A DNA stretch of 64,000 bases, from positions 3,680,001 to 3,744,000 of the forward strand of contig CBDDIJ010000003.1 of the NCBI GenBank assembly GCA_965228855.1. The letters are read 5' to 3'. The translations under genes and the position numbers were made by a program. The DNA is from Candidatus Obscuribacterales bacterium. GTDB taxonomy: Bacteria; Cyanobacteriota; Vampirovibrionia; Obscuribacterales; Obscuribacteraceae. Each line of letters starts with the position of its first letter. Position 1 is the first letter of the stretch. The notes beneath the pieces are model-generated. The model was not told where the DNA came from and made no database searches. It worked only from the letters and a program-made list of their open reading frames with translations. This document shows, piece by piece, positions 58,200 through 64,000 of this stretch.

Positions 58200-58409
58200 A
58201 AAGCTTCCCCTTGAGTTGTTGGAAACAGCTTTGCTAGAAAGTTTGTACGGCAGAGCGCTGAAAGCGTTCAACAACTCACAGCTTTAACGCGCCAATTCAT
58301 GGCGCGGGCTGCAGCGCATACCGGTGAGTTTACTCCCGGACCCGGCTCTATGAGTCGGTATCCTGATTCGGTGGGCATGCTCTTAACCAGGAATTGGAGC
58401 ATGTCCACT
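58200..58409 (+). ncRNA. Putative structured RNA element
   Basis: Stems 58212-58223/58267-58278 (12 bp), 58228-58235/58249-58256, 58342-58348/58352-58358 and 58371-58382/58397-58408 (12 bp); non-Watson-Crick positions in these stems are G-U on +. Confidence 0.4.
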
Positions 58410-58435
58410 ACTCTTAGAACTAAATATGGTGCGAG

Positions 58436-58870
58436 TTAAAACTCGGTCGTAACTTTGCCGGTTTTGGCATTTACGTGATACCAGTTCATCGTTGCGGTGT
58501 GACCTGACTCTTCGTCGTCCGGAACGTATTCATATACATGGATGACAAACTCTCCATTCTCTTTGCGATCAAACTCAATGTGACTACTGCTGCCTTTTCG
58601 CCCGCTCTTCTTGATGTTCGCTACAAACTGTTTGACTTCCGGTCTTGCCGAAACTATGTTGAGTGCTTGAGCTTCAGTTTTAACCGGTCCTGAGGCAGAC
58701 TTCTTCACTTTGTTTTTTGTTTCGGAAGTTTTGTTTGCCGGCGCCGCATTCGCAGAATGCAGCTTAACGACGGTTGTGGCGAAGCAACAACTAAAGCTCA
58801 AAAGCGAGGCACTAAATATGATGCGGGTAGTCCGGGCAGAAATGCAGCCGGCGATCTTCTGTTTTTGCAT
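58436..58870 (-). CDS. Secreted basic hypothetical protein (PepSY-like C-terminus)
   Basis: Signal segment; T...AL..V...PEV...W.HVNAKTGKV. Confidence 0.6.
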   Translation of the reverse strand: MQKQKIAGCISARTTRIIFSASLLSFSCCFATTVVKLHSANAAPANKTSETKNKVKKSASGPVKTEAQALNIVSARPEVKQFVANIKKSGRKGSSSHIEFDRKENGEFVIHVYEYVPDDEESGHTATMNWYHVNAKTGKVTTEF

Positions 58871-58915
58871 AACCAAATCCTTTTCAACTGAATCAATATG
58901 ATAACGCAACAACCT

Positions 58916-61105
58916 TCAAGCAGGTGGGTGCTTTAAGCGAAACCAGAAGGCGCTGCCCTTTCCATCTTCGCTGTCCACTCCAATAGATCCGCCGTGTTCT
59001 TCTACAATCATTTTGCAAATTGCCAAGCCCAGACCTGTGCCCTTCTTCTCAGTGGAGTCGAGTTTCTCGACTTGTTTAAACCGCTCAAAAATCGTCTCTT
59101 GAAACTCTTTTTTGATACCACGCCCCTGGTCTTCGACACGCACTTCAACAAAATCTGCTTCATTGACGATTCGCATTTTAACTTTGCTCTCGCGCGGAGA
59201 GAACTTAATTGCGTTGGAAAGAAGATTGATTATGACTTGCAAAATTCGGTCAGGATCGGCGAGGACCCGCTCATCGCCACCGGAAATCTCGATAGTCACT
59301 CCATTGTCGTCTGCAATCTGCTCGACAGCATCAAAGGACTCCTCCAATAGCGCACGAATACTGACGTCCTTCAATTCGACGGAAAACTTACCGGACTCCA
59401 TTTTTTGAACGTCAAGCAAATCGTTAATCAATTTGATAAGGCGCTCGAGCTGTTCCTCAGCGGATTGAACGATAGGTCCAGCTTTCGAAGGCAATTCCCC
59501 TGCCGCTCCCGCGGAGAGCAACACGAGCATACCGCGCACCGAGGATAGTGGCGTCTTCAAATCGTGGCTCACCATCGCCACGAATTCTCGCTTGAGACGT
59601 TCGATCTCATGGCGCTCTGAAACGTCGAGCATTGCCACTAGATGAGCGTCTTTGTTTCCCATTTGCGTTTTGTTAGAAGACAGTTCCACGGGAAACTCGG
59701 AGAGATTATCCCTGCGAACGGCATTGAGTTCCATAACGTGGCCGGAGGAGCTACTAATCAGCTCCTCCATCCAGTTTTCTTTCGGAGGACTATCATTGCT
59801 CTTCAAAAGAGTGGAAAGGTTTCGCCCAACCAAATCCGACTGGCGGGAGCCGAACATTGATTCAGTCTTTTTGTTTGCAAGCCTGATCTTGCCCTTCTCA
59901 TCGATAACGACGAGCCCCACAGGAAGGCTTTCCATAATGGTTCTCGTACGCTCCTCGCTTTCCTTCAATACTTTCTCGAACATCTTCCGGGCCGTAATGT
60001 CGTGAGCGACGCAGTAGAGAATATCCTCGGACTCAGACCAGAACACCGACCAGAGAACACTAATGACTTTTCCATCCGGGCAGGCGACGCGGTTTTCTAT
60101 TGGCATCGAAGACGCTGAAAGTTTTATTGTATCGAGTGCGTTGAGAGTGTCTTCGATATCTTCCTCAACAATAATCTCGGTGAAACATTTCCCGACAAGC
60201 TCACTATCTTTGTATCCCCAAACAGATTCCGACGAAGGACTGACGTTGGTAAAGATGCCGGCGCCATCAATTGAACAGAGCACGTCGACAGCGTTATCCA
60301 CAAGCGCTTTTTGTTTCGCCTTAGACTCTTCAACTGTTTCGGCCATTTGATGAAAAACGTTATCCAGCTCCGATATCTCATCGTCGCCCGGAATCGGCGG
60401 CAAAAGCGGAAGTGCACCGGCAAGGCGTTTTGCGTTACTCATCAATATTTTCAACCGATCAGTAATCGCGCGGCTGAAGTAGAGCACGATGATAACGCTC
60501 AATGCAACGTTAAGCCCAACACCCCAGAGCAAGAGAACTTTCGCATTGCTGCGCCATTTGACGGCTGCATCCGATTTAGCACCACTCTGACGTTGAACGA
60601 GTCCGTTCAATTCGCGCAGTTCGATCGTAGTTTGTTCGACAAGTGCCTCCATTTGATTTCGCATTCCGCGAATATTCATCATGGTCATCATGTCTGTGTC
60701 GTGCTGGTTTTGAAATGCATCGAACAAACCATCGCACATTTTGAGTGCACGCATTTCTACGCGTTCCGTGCGCTCAACCTGTTTCAATTGATCGGGGTAG
60801 TCTGCCAGATTTCTTCGCAGAAGTGCAAACTCAGTCACTATCTTTTTTCTGCTGTCACGATACTTCTTCTCCATCGCTGGAGATTTGCTATAGGAGTACG
60901 CTGTCAGCGTATTGATACCGTCAAATAATTCTCGTCCAAGAACAAACACGGAGTGCAAAACATCGTTAGCGTGAGACTCGTCACGCGCCTCGCTCTCTGA
61001 CTGCAGCAGCATTGCGTACAAGAAGAGCATAAAAATCGTCCCCATTACGAGGGGGACGGCGACTATGAAAAGCCCCTTATGGTGAATCTTCAGACGGAGC
61101 GGCAA
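58916..61105 (-). CDS. Membrane sensor histidine kinase (periplasmic sensor, HAMP, 2x PAS, HisKA, HATPase)
   Basis: Two TMs, DEISEL HAMP, PAS/PAC (DITARK, DVSER), SHDLKTPL, NLLSNAIKF, DQGRGI, GTGLGL. Confidence 0.95.
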   Translation of the reverse strand: MPLRLKIHHKGLFIVAVPLVMGTIFMLFLYAMLLQSESEARDESHANDVLHSVFVLGRELFDGINTLTAYSYSKSPAMEKKYRDSRKKIVTEFALLRRNLADYPDQLKQVERTERVEMRALKMCDGLFDAFQNQHDTDMMTMMNIRGMRNQMEALVEQTTIELRELNGLVQRQSGAKSDAAVKWRSNAKVLLLWGVGLNVALSVIIVLYFSRAITDRLKILMSNAKRLAGALPLLPPIPGDDEISELDNVFHQMAETVEESKAKQKALVDNAVDVLCSIDGAGIFTNVSPSSESVWGYKDSELVGKCFTEIIVEEDIEDTLNALDTIKLSASSMPIENRVACPDGKVISVLWSVFWSESEDILYCVAHDITARKMFEKVLKESEERTRTIMESLPVGLVVIDEKGKIRLANKKTESMFGSRQSDLVGRNLSTLLKSNDSPPKENWMEELISSSSGHVMELNAVRRDNLSEFPVELSSNKTQMGNKDAHLVAMLDVSERHEIERLKREFVAMVSHDLKTPLSSVRGMLVLLSAGAAGELPSKAGPIVQSAEEQLERLIKLINDLLDVQKMESGKFSVELKDVSIRALLEESFDAVEQIADDNGVTIEISGGDERVLADPDRILQVIINLLSNAIKFSPRESKVKMRIVNEADFVEVRVEDQGRGIKKEFQETIFERFKQVEKLDSTEKKGTGLGLAICKMIVEEHGGSIGVDSEDGKGSAFWFRLKHPPA

Positions 61106-61169
61106 ATTTTTCGCCTAACAGTGCAGATGCGTTGGAAAAACAGGGAAGAACGTAGATGTGACGTGAATA

Positions 61170-62414
61170 TTGTATCGTTCATACCCTTGCCATATTGGAT
61201 CAAAACCGACCACAATTCAGGTTAGACCCTTGATTCCAACACTGAGAAAACGTAGGAAAACAACTGTTGCGTTGCAAATTGCTGCATCCGGCATCGCGGT
61301 ATTTACGCTCGTTGTCCTCGCTTCGCAAAATGCGAGGTCTATCGGATTTGGAACCTTAGAGTGGCAGCGAACCATCCTCAAAGCTCAGCGTGAGCGTGAC
61401 TACGGTGAGTCACCACAAGCCATTGCAAAGCTGCACGATGCGTGGCGGTTAGCCCAGCAACTCGGAAAAGACCACCCATTTTACACGATAACTTTAAGGC
61501 ACTTATCGGACTCTGCCTGGCGTCAGCGAAAATTCGAAGAATCACGCGGATATGCGATGCAGGAATTCGAGATTTTGAAACCACTCGGTCCGGATTACCA
61601 AGATCTGGTGCCCATTCTGACAAGACTTGCTGATATCGATCTTGTTGAGAATAAACTCGACAGCGCCTCAAGAAATCTTGCAGAAGCGCTCCGCGTCAAG
61701 GATAAAGCGATGTTCAATTTGCTTGGTCGCGCCGAAATAATAGTGCGCCAGAGTGTGGTTGAACTCGCCAGGGGAAACGAGACAAGGTTTAAAGAGTTAC
61801 AAGCCCAGGCCGAAAAAGAATGGATCGCAACGAAAGTAGCGAAGCCGGGACCTTCTATGAGCGAATACGGATTCGAACTGGGCAGTCTCAGTGTGTCCTC
61901 CAACAAGAAGGTTGTAAAACCGCTTCGAACTGCAGCACTCTACTTCGCTCAACGCGGTTTGCTTTGTCTGCAGAATCAGCATGTGGACAATCTTTCGATA
62001 GTGCATGCATACGAGCGGTTAGCGGACGTTTACAGATTCATGAATCGCGACGCCGACAAACTCGCGTTATGGAAACAGTCTGCCAACGTCTGCACTCACA
62101 GCAGACATTTAACGGCGAACGAAATTACAATCACCCTCTGTAGATACGGGAAAGCGCTAGTCGAGAAGAAGAATTACGCTGAAGCTGTTTGGTTCCTGGA
62201 ACAGTGCATGCCCTTTGCCAGAAAATGTGACGATCCAAACTTGCTAACGGCAACACTTTTCTACTTGCAATTTGCGTATATGCAAACCAATAGAATTGCA
62301 GATGCTTTGCCTCTAAAGAAAGAGTTGATGGTTCGCTACGCCGACGCTGGAATGCGACAAGATGCAGCGAATCAGCAACGAGAGATCAATGCGCTTACAG
62401 CAGCAGTGAAGTAG
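61170..62414 (+). CDS. Membrane-anchored TPR-like protein
   Basis: N-terminal TM and repeated TPR-like helices; start uncertain. Confidence 0.75.
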   Translation: MYRSYPCHIGSKPTTIQVRPLIPTLRKRRKTTVALQIAASGIAVFTLVVLASQNARSIGFGTLEWQRTILKAQRERDYGESPQAIAKLHDAWRLAQQLGKDHPFYTITLRHLSDSAWRQRKFEESRGYAMQEFEILKPLGPDYQDLVPILTRLADIDLVENKLDSASRNLAEALRVKDKAMFNLLGRAEIIVRQSVVELARGNETRFKELQAQAEKEWIATKVAKPGPSMSEYGFELGSLSVSSNKKVVKPLRTAALYFAQRGLLCLQNQHVDNLSIVHAYERLADVYRFMNRDADKLALWKQSANVCTHSRHLTANEITITLCRYGKALVEKKNYAEAVWFLEQCMPFARKCDDPNLLTATLFYLQFAYMQTNRIADALPLKKELMVRYADAGMRQDAANQQREINALTAAVK

Positions 62415-62456
62415 ACTGTTGAGTGAATTAGTGGCGGTAATATAGAATCGGTTTCA

Positions 62457-63140
62457 ATGGCAAAAATTCTACTAGCCGAGGACGACACAGCGCTCGCTGC
62501 CACGATTAGAGACTGGCTCGAGTTTGAAAAGAACGCCGTCGAAGCAGTGACGGATGGTGCGTCTGCTTTCGAGAATTTGATGGCGTTTGAATACGATGTC
62601 GCAATTCTCGACTGGGATTTGCCGAAGATGACAGGTGTTGAAGTCTGTCAAAAATTTCGAGCGAGGGGTGGCAATACTCCAATCATCCTGCTTACCGGGA
62701 AAAACACAATCCAGGACAAAGAAGAAGGTCTGGACGCCGGCGCGGACGACTATTTGACGAAGCCATTTCATCCGAAGGAACTTGCCGCACGCCTGCGCGC
62801 GATGATTCGTCGAGCCACCAATTTTGCACCAGATGTGGTGACTGCTGGACCGCTGACTATCGACAAAGAAAAAAGACTTGTATATATGAATGGCGTCGCA
62901 GTCCATTTACAACCTATGGAATATACGTTGCTCGAGTTTTTCATGAAAAATCCAAACCAGGTCTTTAGCGCCGAGACGTTGCTGCAAAAGCTCTGGGACG
63001 CCAGTTCCGATGTTTCGCTCGACGCGATATATACATGTATCCGGCGTCTGAGAAAAAAGCTGGATAAGGATAAAAAGGACGAGTCAATTATCCGAACGGT
63101 GCATGGCGTGGGCTATGGCATAAATCCGCTCTACAATTAG
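62457..63140 (+). CDS. OmpR/PhoB-family response regulator
   Basis: LAEDD, ILDWDLP, GADDYLTKPF, winged helix IRRLRKKL...TVHGVGY. Confidence 0.95.
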   Translation: MAKILLAEDDTALAATIRDWLEFEKNAVEAVTDGASAFENLMAFEYDVAILDWDLPKMTGVEVCQKFRARGGNTPIILLTGKNTIQDKEEGLDAGADDYLTKPFHPKELAARLRAMIRRATNFAPDVVTAGPLTIDKEKRLVYMNGVAVHLQPMEYTLLEFFMKNPNQVFSAETLLQKLWDASSDVSLDAIYTCIRRLRKKLDKDKKDESIIRTVHGVGYGINPLYN

Positions 63141-63292
63141 CCCAGTATATATTTCATTTTTCTAATCCAAGAAACACACTCTTTAGACTCGCGTCTACCT
63201 ATTTGTCAGATGGATGCAGTAAAGGGATCAGAACGTCGAAAGTAGAGACATTGTCAAGCTCTCGAACATTTGAAACCCGAGGAGATCGAAAA

Positions 63293-63364
63293 ATGATTCT
63301 TATAGTATTTGCTTCAATGATAGCCACCACTTCAATCGGCATGGTTATCTCCGCTCTCAGATAG
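63293..63364 (+). CDS. Putative 23-aa hydrophobic micro-protein MILIVFASMIATTSIGMVISALR
   Basis: GAGGAG (63279-63284) 8 nt before ATG; single TM-like helix; below the ORF-track length cut-off. Confidence 0.45.
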   Translation: MILIVFASMIATTSIGMVISALR

Positions 63365-63433
63365 TCCGCAATATCCGCCCCGAATATGCCTACTACGCCT
63401 TGACGCAAGCAGCAAATCCATAAAGCTATTCAG

Positions 63434-63876
63434 GGCAAGGGTTTCAGGACTCGGGTCCAAACAAACCTCCGGAGACTTCGGACACTTGGCTATGCCAGAG
63501 CGACGGATTTTGTGAATTCCGTCATCGCACGATAGACAGCGACGGCTAATTTTTTGATTGAAACCAGCTCGCTGCGAAATCGATTAACGCTCGCCAGGTT
63601 GCTCTCTAAAAAACGCACACAGTTTTAAATCCATACATATAAAGGTGCAGCGAAACTGCTCGACCTGATCAGTAACTGTTCCGCCACGACGAAACGGTGG
63701 AGCAGTGTCTTATCTCGCGGCGGGAGGTTTTTCGGTTTAGATGTCTTCTAGATCGATTCAGTGTCGATCGTTGTCTACGCTGCAATGACGCATTTACGAA
63801 ATTTCGTCATCGTGGCATAGCCAAACGCCAGAAAAAGGGGGGAGTGCATACTTAACAAAGTCCTGAAAGCCCTGCC
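63434..63876 (+). ncRNA. Putative large (~445 nt) highly structured RNA or foldback element
   Basis: Nested stems 63434-63451/63859-63876, 63486-63542/63768-63824, 63568-63577/63715-63724, 63595-63601/63661-63667 and 63675-63685/63696-63706; mismatches are mostly G-U on +. Confidence 0.55.
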
Positions 63877-63898
63877 AAGTCAGCCTCTACCGCTTTCG

Positions 63899-63954
63899 CG
63901 GAGCACGCCGGCATATAGTAGCAAGCCTTCACGGAGCACGCCGGCATATAGTAG
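63899..63954. repeat. Perfect 23-bp direct repeat, 33-bp period
   Basis: cggagcacgccggcatatagtag at 63899-63921 and 63932-63954. Confidence 0.9.
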
Positions 63955-64000
63955 TAAAAAGGAACATTTTGGTCACACTTGGCAAGTAATATCTCAACAT

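Noticed and set aside
63199..63408. 69-aa minus-strand ORF from the track
   Set aside because: TTG start with no clear RBS and no recognisable motif. The overlapping + strand micro-ORF has a much better Shine-Dalgarno, though neither is proven.
63675..63706. gaaacggtggagcag resembling SRP RNA helix 8
   Set aside because: Lacks the CAGG...GGAA...AGCAG symmetric-loop arrangement; the bases are better explained by the actgttccgcc/ggtggagcagt stem.
63899..63954. Direct repeat as the start of a CRISPR array
   Set aside because: Only two copies, the spacer is just 10 bp, there is no third copy in the remaining 46 bp, and there are no cas genes.
1..64000. Mobile elements, prophage, defence systems, tRNA/rRNA
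   Set aside because: No transposase, integrase, reverse transcriptase, phage structural, cas or restriction-modification genes, and no tRNA/rRNA signatures recognised. 15154-15891 faintly recalls domains found with restriction enzymes, but I cannot support that.

Overview
A gene-dense, roughly 50% GC (estimated by eye) bacterial chromosomal window with about 62 protein-coding genes. I found no rRNA, tRNA, CRISPR array, transposase, integrase or phage genes. The gene repertoire resembles Candidatus Melainabacteria/Vampirovibrionia (Obscuribacterales-like): kinase-TM-LRR receptors, many secreted TPR proteins, stand-alone multi-MshEN and TadE/TadG-like proteins, and lethal-factor-like and calpain-like proteins. 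That assignment is inference from gene content only. Recognisable genes include an ABC-2 exporter pair, ltaE, a NarL-type two-component pair, a PAS kinase with an OmpR-type regulator, two DUF1800-DUF1501 pairs, a tandem USP, BFN/DUF151, a class IV aminotransferase, TrmH, gldA, an RraA-like protein, sixA, DoxX, EamA, an LMF1-like protein, a START protein and a UDG. The most striking signals lie in the ORF-free gaps. (1) A ~445-nt nested, G-U-rich rod/multibranch fold at 63434-63876, preceded by a 23-aa hydrophobic micro-ORF and followed by a 23-bp direct repeat. (2) A ~310-nt unit at ~6499-6812 bounded by a near-consensus sigma70 promoter and a terminator-like hairpin. (3) A ~210-nt multi-hairpin element at 58200-58409. 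All RNA folds were paired by eye and need computational confirmation.
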